This document shows positions 8,304 through 17,167 of a stretch of DNA of 64,000 nt, piece after piece (position 1 is the first letter of the stretch; every line of letters begins with the position of its first letter). Origin of the DNA: Candidatus Babelota bacterium (GTDB lineage Bacteria; Babelota; Babeliae; Babelales; Babelaceae). The translations under genes and the position numbers were made by a program. Under the pieces are notes generated by a model. The model was given only the letters and a program-made list of their open reading frames with translations, was not told the DNA's origin and ran no database searches. The stretch is taken from the NCBI GenBank assembly GCA_003165355.1, contig PLTG01000021.1, forward strand, positions 334 to 64,333, written 5' to 3'.

Positions 8304-8720
8304 TTACTTAACAGCAGCAGAGCTTTTTGGTTCAGCAGCCACTGTCTTAGTGTGGTGACGGCAGGTTTTTTCTTCTAAGCGTTTATTTTCTTCTTTAAGT
8401 TTTCTATTTTCACGTTTAAGTGCCGCGACTTCGTCAGAAAGTTCGTCTATTTCCTGTACGAGCGCCTTATTTTCTTTGCGCAATTTACGTAATGCCGCAG
8501 AATCATCATAATCATCGCGTGGCGCAGGCGCTGCCTGCTGTACCGGCACTTGGACTACTTCTGTACGTGTTGAGCGTGGTTGAGTAAGTGCGTTGCCCAA
8601 CATGCTCCCTGCGAAACTGCCACCGAAGCTAGCTCCGAAATTTGAGCCATTGCCAGCGTATAGAACTGTTGCGCTTAAGGCTATTGTAACAAGAGTTACT
8701 CTGTAAAATATATTTTTCAT
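8304..8720 (-). CDS. secreted protein with Gly/Ser-rich region and canonical leucine zipper
   Basis: Leader MKNIFYRVTLVTIALSATVLYA. Leu occupies residues 80, 87, 94, 101, 108 and 115 (six exact heptads). Asn occupies the a positions (84, 105, 112). Confidence 0.65.
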   Translation of the reverse strand: MKNIFYRVTLVTIALSATVLYAGNGSNFGASFGGSFAGSMLGNALTQPRSTRTEVVQVPVQQAAPAPRDDYDDSAALRKLRKENKALVQEIDELSDEVAALKRENRKLKEENKRLEEKTCRHHTKTVAAEPKSSAAVK

Positions 8721-8858
8721 ATGTTTCCCCTTTTTAAATACATACTGTCCCTATCGATAAGTATGCCATAAAGGGTTTAACTATTTCAAGAATGGGGCTT
8801 TAGTTATCGCTTTTGTGAGACAGAGACGATAGTGAAATGCACGCTCTGTCAATTCTAA

Positions 8859-8888
8859 TTGAAAAATATTTGGCGCGTGTGGTATACT
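8859..8888 (+). promoter_or_regulatory. candidate sigma70-type promoter of the zinc-finger gene
   Basis: TTGAAA (8859-8864), an 18-nt spacer containing TG, then TATACT (8883-8888). Lies about 47 nt upstream of the ATG at 8935. Confidence 0.4.
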
Positions 8889-8934
8889 AGAAAATAGGGA
8901 AGTAATATATCGATTCATTAAAGGGATAATACCT

Positions 8935-9264
8935 ATGAAAAAAATAATTTCTATAATCTCGTTATTGTGCATGACACATATGCTGGCGATGCAGCAAGAG
9001 AAGATGGACTATCTTTTACAGGTGGCGGCGGAAGAAAGAGCAAAAATAGAGAGCCCGGCGTTTGTTTACAAGTCAACGTCAGTTTATAAGTGCGATTATC
9101 CTGGATGCAATAAGTCTTATTCTTTGGAAGGTTCACTTGAAGAGCATAGGTTAACGCACCGACCGAAAAATACACCATGTGATGTCTGTGGGAAACTTTT
9201 TATACATGGAGATTCAGTGCGCCAACATAAAAGATTGATGCACGCAGATATCGTAAAAAAATAA
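8935..9264 (+). CDS. secreted protein with two eukaryote-type C2H2 zinc fingers
   Basis: Leader MKKIISIISLLCMTHMLA. Finger 1 is C-x4-C-x12-H-x3-H (CDYPGCNKSYSLEGSLEEHRLTH), followed by linker RPKNTP. Finger 2 is C-x2-C-x12-H-x4-H (CDVCGKLFIHGDSVRQHKRLMH). Confidence 0.8.
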   Translation: MKKIISIISLLCMTHMLAMQQEKMDYLLQVAAEERAKIESPAFVYKSTSVYKCDYPGCNKSYSLEGSLEEHRLTHRPKNTPCDVCGKLFIHGDSVRQHKRLMHADIVKK

Positions 9265-9291
9265 GCGATTCGTTTAAAAAGGAGCTTCCTG

Positions 9292-10041
9292 TTACAAAAG
9301 AACAATGGTCTCTTGAGGAATGCCTTCAGGCCGTTCATCGATATTATTGTTTTCTAAATTTATTAAGCGTAAAGCATATAGGTTGCTTAATGGGGTAAAG
9401 CTTTCCATGGCACCATCTAAACTATTACCACTCAAATCTAATTCAGTTAAATTGGTAAAAGTACTAAATTCGGGAGGGATAGAATAAATATCGCCATATC
9501 CCAGGGTTAATTTCTTTATCTCTTTTGATACTACACCCCAATCAAAATTATGCCCTAGGGTATTGCGAGTGGCATTCAATTCTTTCAAATGAATAAATCT
9601 TTTTAATATTTTTTCCCATTTTGCGGAAAAGCGACATCCCTCCAAGGACAATCGTTCCAATTTTTCAGATATTTTATCCCAGTTAGGATCATTAGCTTTC
9701 AATTTATTATGCGAAAGACTTAAATCAGTTAAATTAACTAAAGCACCCAATATTGCAGGTAGCTGCTTTAGGCCGTTCGCTCCGATATTGAGCTTCTTTA
9801 TGTTAGTGCATTTGCTGAGTAAATCCCAGTTGAGTTGCGTAAGATCAACATTATTGAAAAGATTCAATTCCCGCAGTTCAGGACCGGCATGTTTTTTTAA
9901 TTCGTCATTAATAAACTGAATATCCTGTCCTTGCGCTTCGCGGGGACTTTTGCTTAAATCAAGAATGTTCTCTCCCGCCTGTACAAGTATGATGCTAAAA
10001 GTTGTTACATTCAGAGCAGCTTTGTAAAGTATGTTTTTCAT
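9292..10041 (-). CDS. secreted leucine-rich repeat (LRR) protein
   Basis: Leader MKNILYKAALNVTTFSIILVQA. Repeated LxxLxLxxNxL units such as LRELNLFNN, IKKLNIGANGLKQLP, LTDLSLSHNKL and LTELDLSGNSL. Paralogous to the LRR part of 57382..58413. Confidence 0.85.
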   Translation of the reverse strand: MKNILYKAALNVTTFSIILVQAGENILDLSKSPREAQGQDIQFINDELKKHAGPELRELNLFNNVDLTQLNWDLLSKCTNIKKLNIGANGLKQLPAILGALVNLTDLSLSHNKLKANDPNWDKISEKLERLSLEGCRFSAKWEKILKRFIHLKELNATRNTLGHNFDWGVVSKEIKKLTLGYGDIYSIPPEFSTFTNLTELDLSGNSLDGAMESFTPLSNLYALRLINLENNNIDERPEGIPQETIVLL

Positions 10042-10056
10042 GTTATCTCAAGAGTT

Positions 10057-11463
10057 TTAATTATCGCTTTTTTCTATCTCTAAGTAATTTGCCAACTTAT
10101 TGATTTTGCCTGCGCCTTGCAGAAGCAACAGGTCGCCATCAGCAAGTTTGCCGCTCAGATCCTGTTTAATATGAGTAAACGTATCATCAAGGGGGCAATA
10201 GGAGATAGAAAGATGGGGGTTTTTAGCCTTAAGCTCCGCGACAAAACGTTCGCTGGTGATATCTTGAATCGGCGCTTCGCTCGCAGGATAGATATCGGTG
10301 ATAATCAAATGGTCAATAGTATCTTGTGAAAAAAGATTTATAAAGTCGTTCCAGAGACCGGCGGTGCGGCTATACCGATGCGGCTGGAAAGCGACAATAA
10401 GTTTTTTATCGGTACGCTTGCGAGCAACCAAAAGAGTTTGGGCAATTTCAGTCGGGTGATGGCCGTAGTCATCAAAAACTAATGCGCCATTATGTGTGCC
10501 TTTAAGGGTGAATCGACGATCAATGCCCTTGAAACGTGCCAGAGCGGTAATAATCGTGTGAAAAGGGATATCCAGTTCAAGGCACACGGTGATTCCTGCA
10601 AGAGCATTTAAAAGATTATGCCTGCCGGGCATAGTTAAGTATAAAGCACCCAATGGTTGAGAAGCGCCTTTTTTCCAAACCGTGCAGGTCGAAAAGGTTT
10701 TTTGTAAATTTATATCCTGCGCATATATATCAGATGTCGATTTGTAGCCATACCGGAGCGTCTTGGTATTAGTGAGGGGAAGAATCTCATCTATGTGCAC
10801 GTTGTCGTCACACAGTATAGCTTTCCCATAAAAGGGTATATTTTCTAAGAATTTTTTAAAGGTGTTTTTAACATCTTTTATGTCGCTATAGACATCCACA
10901 TGCTCCAAGTTAATATTGGTTACTACTGCAATGGTAGGGTAAAGTCGCAAGAGTGATTTGTCGCTCTCATCAGCCTCGGCTACCAAAAAATCGCCTTTGC
11001 CAAAGCGTGCGTTAGTGGAAATGTTTTTTAAATGTCCCCCAATAATGACCGTCGGATCGGTCTGAGCTTCGATAAGGATATGGGAGATCATAGAGGTGGT
11101 AGTAGTCTTGCCGTGTGAGCCGGAGATAGCGATGCTGTACTTTGTCCGCATGAGCTCTGCAAGCATAAGCGCGCGTGATATAGTAGGGATGCCCCGTTGT
11201 TGCGCGGCCAGAATTTCAGGGTTATTTTTTTGAATGGCAGAGGAGTAGACCAAAATATCTATTGAGGCGTCGTGACAGCCGGCACTGTTATTACCCTGAT
11301 AGATAGAGCATCCCAGAAGACTCAAGTCATGAACACTTTTTTGCTCCAAGTCGTTGTCACAACCTGAAATGTGGTACCCCTGCCCCTTGAGGATAGTGGC
11401 GATGCCACTCATGCCGATGCCGCCGATGCCGATAAAATGGATATGATTTTTTTTCTTGTACAT
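10057..11463 (-). CDS. murC: UDP-N-acetylmuramate--L-alanine ligase
   Basis: IHFIGIGGIGMSGIA N-terminus, Mur ligase P-loop GSHGKTTTTSM, and typical length (468 aa). Confidence 0.95.
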   Translation of the reverse strand: MYKKKNHIHFIGIGGIGMSGIATILKGQGYHISGCDNDLEQKSVHDLSLLGCSIYQGNNSAGCHDASIDILVYSSAIQKNNPEILAAQQRGIPTISRALMLAELMRTKYSIAISGSHGKTTTTSMISHILIEAQTDPTVIIGGHLKNISTNARFGKGDFLVAEADESDKSLLRLYPTIAVVTNINLEHVDVYSDIKDVKNTFKKFLENIPFYGKAILCDDNVHIDEILPLTNTKTLRYGYKSTSDIYAQDINLQKTFSTCTVWKKGASQPLGALYLTMPGRHNLLNALAGITVCLELDIPFHTIITALARFKGIDRRFTLKGTHNGALVFDDYGHHPTEIAQTLLVARKRTDKKLIVAFQPHRYSRTAGLWNDFINLFSQDTIDHLIITDIYPASEAPIQDITSERFVAELKAKNPHLSISYCPLDDTFTHIKQDLSGKLADGDLLLLQGAGKINKLANYLEIEKSDN

Positions 11464-11539
11464 AATGTTAAAGGGAGCTCAAGCCATAAAGAGAGTAGAA
11501 AATCTACTATCAAGATGGCTTGATGCTTTTGGTATGCGA

Positions 11540-11968
11540 TTAAAGAAGTTCGCGCAACTTAAGCAATTTTTTCTGTAATTGAACAATTTGCATCGTGATA
11601 TCTTCAGGTAGATCGACAGATTGCTGTTTTTTGCGACGGCCGTCTACCGGTTTTTCCGTTACCTGTTCTTGGTCCATGGTGGTAATGCTTGATGCGATAA
11701 TATGCGCTTCATTAAGAAGTTTTTGAGCATTATTTTTATGTTCCTTAAGATATTTTTTAGCGCCTGATATGGTAAAGCCTTTGGTATACAAAAGGTCTTT
11801 GATCAGTTCAAACTTGCGAAGATCTTTATCATCATAAAAGCGCTGGCCGCCTTCAGATCTAAAGCCTTTAATATTGAACTCTTTTTCCCAGAAACGGATG
11901 ACAAAGCGCTCAATTTCAAGTTTTGTGGCAAGCTCGCCGATGCGAAACTTTTGCTTAGAAATTTTCAT
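11540..11968 (-). CDS. MerR-family transcriptional regulator
   Basis: N-terminal MerR-type HTH (FRIGELATKLEIERFVIRFWEKEF ... RSEGGQRFYDDKDL) followed by a coiled-coil tail. Confidence 0.85.
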   Translation of the reverse strand: MKISKQKFRIGELATKLEIERFVIRFWEKEFNIKGFRSEGGQRFYDDKDLRKFELIKDLLYTKGFTISGAKKYLKEHKNNAQKLLNEAHIIASSITTMDQEQVTEKPVDGRRKKQQSVDLPEDITMQIVQLQKKLLKLRELL

Positions 11969-12089
11969 AAAATGCTCCTTTTTAACATGTTTTTTTATGC
12001 GCTTCCTGCGCGTTACGTGCTAGCAGAATGTAGTTCTTCATGGTATCATATTTATAAATAACGTATATCATTTTAACCGGTAAAGCCTT

Positions 12090-13622
12090 ATGGATACAAA
12101 ACAATTTTTTACTTCAGTTTCCTTTGCCATAGTTACTACTATGTTAATCAATTATTTTATTATTGATCGGTTCTTTAATAAAGATACTCAAGAGATTAAA
12201 TCTGGACAAGCTTTTCATGTAACTCCTTTAGAGCAGATGAATAAGCCTCTTGCAACAGAAGTTAATTTTATAGATGAAGATACCGCATTTTTCTCAAAAA
12301 ATGAACCAGAACTTACCAAAATAGTCACTCCTTTAGCCGATATTGTTTTTTCTTCCCGTGGCGCTACCATCAGCAATTTAACATGCAAAAGGGTCAGTGG
12401 CCACGTTGAGACACCCCTTGAAATTATTTCATCAGGAGCGACCGGAGCTTCACATTCGTTCTTAGTGGCGTTTGATGATACCACTCCCCTTAATTACTCT
12501 TTAATAGATAAAAGCTATCAGGAAGGTATACACACTCTCACTTACGAATCGCAGAGTGCCCTCGGGATGATAACTAAGACATTTAAGCTGTATGATGACA
12601 ATTACAAAATCGATCTTCTGGTAACCATTGATCCACGTACCACGCTTAACCCACGCATGCTGTTTACAGCGCCTAAACTTGCAGGGCTCGGTAAAGATTA
12701 CGATACGGCCCTTGTTAATAGCCAAAAAAATAGTATTCAACGGTTAAAAATGAACGATCTTGTCGATAAGGCATTTGCTATGCCCACACTCTGTGGCGGC
12801 GCGGACCGTTACTTTATTAACGCATTTATTAAAAGCGCACCCACTTTTGCGCAGCGCTGTTATTTTGTAACAAAAGATGATCTTCTCGAGTGCATCGTAG
12901 AGGGTCCTGAGGTATCTACAAAAAGTTCATGGGAGTTGTCCTGGTATTGCGGGCCCAAAGAGTTTGAATCGTTGCAGGCGAGCGATCCTCGCTTGACCGA
13001 GCTACTCGATTACGGATGGTTTGCACCGCTTGCACGCCCGTTGCTCTTCTTGCTTAAATATTTATATAATTTTGTGCACAATTTCGGTCTTGCTATTATC
13101 ATTCTTACCATTCTTTTAAATTTGGCGTTGCTTCCCTTCACCGCGCGAGGTGACAAGATTTTGCAAAAAACGACCGATTTTAGCAAAAAAATGCAGTACC
13201 TTGAGCAGAAATATAAGCATGACAAAGAGCGTCTTGCTCAAGAAAAATCCGAGCTTATTCAGAAACATGGTGCCTTTGACGCACTCGGCTGTGTTTCGTT
13301 TCTGTTGCAAACAATTTTCTTTATTGGGCTCAATAAAGTGCTCAGCGCATCAGTTGAATTGTACCATGCCCCATTTTTTGGGTGGATCACCGATTTATCG
13401 GTAAAAGACCCCTATTATTTACTACCTCTTTGTGTGTTTTTAGGTATCGTGATACCTACCCTGAATACTTCCGGAGATATTCGCCAGAAGGCGACCACGT
13501 TTGCTATGGGGCTGTTTATATGTGGTATTGTGGCGCAACTTTCAGCCGGTTTGGCGCTTTTCATTGTAACTAATGTTCTCACCCGCGTTGTTGTTACGCG
13601 TGTGAAAAAAATGCTCAAATAA
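12090..13622 (+). CDS. yidC: membrane protein insertase YidC
   Basis: N-terminal TM segment, large periplasmic domain and a C-terminal 5-TM 60-kDa insertase core (WFAPLARPLLFLLKYL, ILTILLNLALLPFT). Confidence 0.9.
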   Translation: MDTKQFFTSVSFAIVTTMLINYFIIDRFFNKDTQEIKSGQAFHVTPLEQMNKPLATEVNFIDEDTAFFSKNEPELTKIVTPLADIVFSSRGATISNLTCKRVSGHVETPLEIISSGATGASHSFLVAFDDTTPLNYSLIDKSYQEGIHTLTYESQSALGMITKTFKLYDDNYKIDLLVTIDPRTTLNPRMLFTAPKLAGLGKDYDTALVNSQKNSIQRLKMNDLVDKAFAMPTLCGGADRYFINAFIKSAPTFAQRCYFVTKDDLLECIVEGPEVSTKSSWELSWYCGPKEFESLQASDPRLTELLDYGWFAPLARPLLFLLKYLYNFVHNFGLAIIILTILLNLALLPFTARGDKILQKTTDFSKKMQYLEQKYKHDKERLAQEKSELIQKHGAFDALGCVSFLLQTIFFIGLNKVLSASVELYHAPFFGWITDLSVKDPYYLLPLCVFLGIVIPTLNTSGDIRQKATTFAMGLFICGIVAQLSAGLALFIVTNVLTRVVVTRVKKMLK

Positions 13623-13624
13623 TT

Positions 13625-14236
13625 ATGAATGATCAGTTACCTACCCTTACCAAATTATTAAAACAATTGCAGCAGGTGCCCTATCTCGCTTCAAAGAATT
13701 TGTACCGGGTTGCTCACCATTTTTTGCAAATGGATGGACAGCGTTTGGCTCAATTTTGTGCGATCATGCAAGAGGCGCATGCAGGGCTTAAAAAGTGCGA
13801 CGTCTGTTGCGCGTGGCAGGAACGTCAGGGCGCATGCAGCTTCTGTTCGTCCACCAAGCGGGACACGTCACTCATTTGTGTAGTTGAGACCTGGTACGAT
13901 CTCTATGCCATTGAAAAAACGGGTGGCTTTCAAGGAGTATACCATGTATTGGGGGGCGCAATTTCCCCACTAGACGGTATCTCACCAGAGGATCTTTCGG
14001 TGAGCCAGCTTGTTGCGCGTTTATCCAACGGGTGCACAGAACTTATCTTCGCGTTAAATCAGACGCCAGAAGGTGAGGCAACCTCTTCATATATTGCCCG
14101 GAAAATTAATCAGGGTCATCCTGAGCGAACTTTTAAAATTACCTGTTTATCACGCGGTGTGCCGGTCGGTTCTTCATTGGAATCCGTTGACCGTGTTACC
14201 GTATTTAAAGCTTTAGCAGAAAGGCGTCTTTTTTGA
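13625..14236 (+). CDS. recR: recombination protein RecR
   Basis: Cys4 zinc finger (CDVCCAW...CSFC) and a Toprim region (ICVVETWYDLYAIEKTG, YHVLGG). Confidence 0.95.
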   Translation: MNDQLPTLTKLLKQLQQVPYLASKNLYRVAHHFLQMDGQRLAQFCAIMQEAHAGLKKCDVCCAWQERQGACSFCSSTKRDTSLICVVETWYDLYAIEKTGGFQGVYHVLGGAISPLDGISPEDLSVSQLVARLSNGCTELIFALNQTPEGEATSSYIARKINQGHPERTFKITCLSRGVPVGSSLESVDRVTVFKALAERRLF

Positions 14237-15546
14237 AACAGTCTTACGCATTTTACGATCGTCGACGTAAAGAACTTATTGATACTCTAAAAAAACAGAA
14301 CCCAACCATTAAAAATGGCGCGGTCATGCTCCTTGCAGGGTTTGAAGATGGCAAGCACACGTTTAGGCAAGAGTCATCCTTTTACTATTATACCGGGTTA
14401 ACTGAGCCGGGCTTGGTCTTGATTATCGAGCTGTCCGGGAAGTCCCGTCTTTTTATTCCTGCCTATGCTACTCCACGTTCAGATTGGTTAGTGGAAGAAG
14501 TTGTCGCTACGAAAGAGTGCGCACAGAATCTATCCCTGAGTGAAGTGAGCTATCTGGGTAAACCGCAGCAGGGCTACGAGCCGAGCCTTTTAGTCGGAGC
14601 AGAGCAGTACCAAGATTTTATTGCATACCTTAAGAATTTGATAGATGCTGGTGGCTCTCTGTTTACGTACACTGCCGTCAAAAAAAACGTGGTCTATCCG
14701 ATGTTTTTGATGCAGATGCGTACATTTTTACCCACGCTTATGGAGCATCTACGCGATATCAGCTTGCCTATCGCTGCCCAGCGTTCACGCAAAAACAAAT
14801 TTGAAATCGAGCTGATGTACAAAGCCGTTGAGTTGACCATGGTCGCTCAAGAGGCTGCTGCTCGCGTTATTCAGCCGGGCATCAAAGAATCGATTATTAA
14901 AGCGGGCATTGAATATATCTTTGCCGAATCAGAAGGTTCGCCTGCATTTCCATCTATTGTTGCAACGGGTAAAAATAGCACCATACTCCATTACCATAAC
15001 GGCAATGCTGCGATTAAGCCGAATGATCTTGTAGTGGTCGATATCGGTGCTGAATATGAATACTATTGCGCAGATATCACGCGTACCTACCCAGCATCTG
15101 GAACGTTTACTAAGCGCCAACGCGAAGTGTATGAGGCGGTGCTTGCTACGCATGAATATATTGCTACTCTTGCAAAACCGGGCATGTTCTTGCGCAATGC
15201 AGAAAAACCTGAGCTTTCGCTGCACCATTTAGCCGTAGCGCACTTGGAGAAAAAGGGTTTTGCCAAATACTTTAAGCATGGCATTGGCCATTACTTGGGC
15301 CTTGATGTGCATGATGTGGGTGATTACGCTCAACCTCTTGAAGAGGGTAATGTTATTACCATTGAGCCGGGCATTTACATTCCGGAAGAGAACATCGGTA
15401 TTCGCATTGAAGATGATTATTGGATTGTCAGTGATGGTGCTGAGTGCTTGAGCGCTGAGCTGCCTCGTGATGCTGAGTCTGTTCAAGAGATGGCGCGAGC
15501 GTCGATTGATGATGAAGATGAGGATGACGAAGAAGATTACGATTAA
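14233..15546 (+). CDS. pepP: Xaa-Pro aminopeptidase (M24B)
   Basis: M24B metal-ligand blocks DIGAEYEYYCADITRT, HGIGHYLGLDVHD, TIEPGIY and IRIEDD. Has an acidic tail DDEDEDDEEDYD. Confidence 0.9.
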   Translation: MKQSYAFYDRRRKELIDTLKKQNPTIKNGAVMLLAGFEDGKHTFRQESSFYYYTGLTEPGLVLIIELSGKSRLFIPAYATPRSDWLVEEVVATKECAQNLSLSEVSYLGKPQQGYEPSLLVGAEQYQDFIAYLKNLIDAGGSLFTYTAVKKNVVYPMFLMQMRTFLPTLMEHLRDISLPIAAQRSRKNKFEIELMYKAVELTMVAQEAAARVIQPGIKESIIKAGIEYIFAESEGSPAFPSIVATGKNSTILHYHNGNAAIKPNDLVVVDIGAEYEYYCADITRTYPASGTFTKRQREVYEAVLATHEYIATLAKPGMFLRNAEKPELSLHHLAVAHLEKKGFAKYFKHGIGHYLGLDVHDVGDYAQPLEEGNVITIEPGIYIPEENIGIRIEDDYWIVSDGAECLSAELPRDAESVQEMARASIDDEDEDDEEDYD

Positions 15547-15552
15547 TATAAA

Positions 15553-15580
15553 AAAAGGGGACTGAAAAAGTCCCTTTTCT
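15553..15580. terminator. bidirectional terminator after pepP
   Basis: Sequence aaaaaaa-ggggact-gaaaa-agtccc-ttttct lies between convergent genes. Confidence 0.6.
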
Positions 15581-15599
15581 CAAATGCTAGTTACAAGCA

Positions 15600-16331
15600 C
15601 TATCTTTTTAAAACTTTATCTATCAACTTTGATAAGTTTTTTTTCTTTTTTTCCTGAGGTATGTCTTTGCCGACGATTATTTCGGGGGCAATATTGGCAT
15701 GAACATGGCCCTCGAGTAAATGTTGTATATCGTTAGAAAGTGCTTGGATACGTGCACTTTCTTTATCTTGCAGAGACATTTTTTTATTCCGTATACATTC
15801 TTGCTGGCATGCAAAAAACTTTTTTACGGTAGTGGCTGATAGGCTTGCATTATCAGGATTTTCCATGAGCACACTTTCCGCTTGCTTAAAGGTCTCTTCT
15901 GTGAAAGGAGTTAGTGATTCTTTATCTTGAACTGTATTGCCATGATAGCCTCTGCGATAACTAACTTTATGTGCACGTTCAGCAACCCCATACCTATCAT
16001 ATTTGATAACATCAAGAAGATACCCTACCAATTCCGGCTTTATGGCGTGGCATATTTGTGCAAGCGTGGTTGAGTCTTTTAGGTAATAATCTTGTTTATC
16101 ATGCCAATCCCCATGAAAAGGATATTCTGCTGCGAAAGCCCCAGATAAAAAAGTATCGAGATTTTTTTGTTCTTGAGAGTGCATGTTTTCAGGAATTTCG
16201 CTCAAGGATTTTCGTATACCATCAAGATCAAATTCCTTTTTCTTTTCTGAGAGTGCATACGTCGACTCTGAGGCATAGCTTATTTTTGGCGTCAGAAGCA
16301 TAAGAATCATTAATGTTTTGAAATAGTCCAT
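15600..16331 (-). CDS. secreted hypothetical protein (paralog of 17168..17683)
   Basis: Leader MDYFKTLMILMLLTPKISYA. The segment KKEFDLDGIRKSLSEIPEN...QEQKNLDTFLS aligns with KKKYDIEKIRKELGSIPDE...QKQNDLYDLLS in 17168..17683. Confidence 0.65.
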   Translation of the reverse strand: MDYFKTLMILMLLTPKISYASESTYALSEKKKEFDLDGIRKSLSEIPENMHSQEQKNLDTFLSGAFAAEYPFHGDWHDKQDYYLKDSTTLAQICHAIKPELVGYLLDVIKYDRYGVAERAHKVSYRRGYHGNTVQDKESLTPFTEETFKQAESVLMENPDNASLSATTVKKFFACQQECIRNKKMSLQDKESARIQALSNDIQHLLEGHVHANIAPEIIVGKDIPQEKKKKNLSKLIDKVLKR

Positions 16332-16459
16332 ACATCAGTCCTTCGGGTAATGGTTTTGTGGTGATTTCCGCAGATGAGTTTAGATATAATCAGTTATCTA
16401 TGTCAATTATGGCTACAATTTACTTTTATTTTTAAGGGAATTTGTCTCATAATATAGCT

Positions 16460-16591
16460 CATCTAGAGAAAAAGGGCTTTGCTCAATTCGTTAAGCACGG
16501 TACTGAATGCTTGAGTGCTGAGTCTGTTCAAGAGATGGCGCGAGCGTCGATTGATGATGAAGATGAGGATGACGAAGAAGATTACGATTAA
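16460..16591 (+). pseudogene. decayed duplicate of the pepP 3' end
   Basis: 16517-16594 is identical base for base to 15472-15549 (78 nt, offset 1045), including the stop codon. 16460-16516 matches pepP 15241-15282 and 15436-15471 with substitutions and internal deletions. No start codon and no N-terminal domain. Confidence 0.8.
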
Positions 16592-16595
16592 TATC

Positions 16596-16630
16596 AAAAA
16601 GGGGGGGACTGAAAAAGTCCCCCTTCTTTT
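16596..16630. terminator. second copy of the pepP terminator hairpin
   Basis: Sequence aaaaa-gggggggact-gaaaa-agtccccc-ttctttt. This is the same hairpin as 15553-15580 with a longer G/C stem. Confidence 0.5.
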
Positions 16631-16718
16631 GATTTATTTTTTAAAAAGTCTAATGTTCTCTTCGCTCAAAATCCACCTTATGGAATAAATTCAATTTCAG
16701 AAGAGCTCTATGATATCT

Positions 16719-17045
16719 CTATAATTTACTCGTACTTCTGAGAGCTTTAATCACCTGCGCAAGATCATAAGAAAGTTCGCGTATGGCATTTTTCCATGTT
16801 GGCACTACGATGTGGCGATCAAAAAAGTCTTGAATGGTGTCCTTAACAACTGCATCGACATCAAGCGTTGATTTCTCTTTTTCAGCAATTCGTTCAACAA
16901 TTGTTGTATGAAGGGCAAATACTTCAAATCCCTGCGCTGTGAGATACTGCTTTAAAATTTCGGCCTTAGGGAAGGTAGTCGTCGCCGCGCAGGTGGCACT
17001 TATAGAGATTAAAAATACTTTTAAGATACTGTTATTTTTCATCAC
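16719..17045 (-). CDS. small secreted hypothetical protein
   Basis: 108-aa ORF with leader MMKNNSILKVFLISISATCAA. Confidence 0.55.
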   Translation of the reverse strand: MMKNNSILKVFLISISATCAATTTFPKAEILKQYLTAQGFEVFALHTTIVERIAEKEKSTLDVDAVVKDTIQDFFDRHIVVPTWKNAIRELSYDLAQVIKALRSTSKL

Positions 17046-17167
17046 GCCTCACTTTGATTTTTTCATGTGCATTGAGTATAGGCCGTGCGGTGGTTATTTG
17101 TCCAATAAAAAGGGACAGTTTTTTACGCTGTCCCTCATGAAGAAATAGTTTATAGTCTTTAAAAAGA

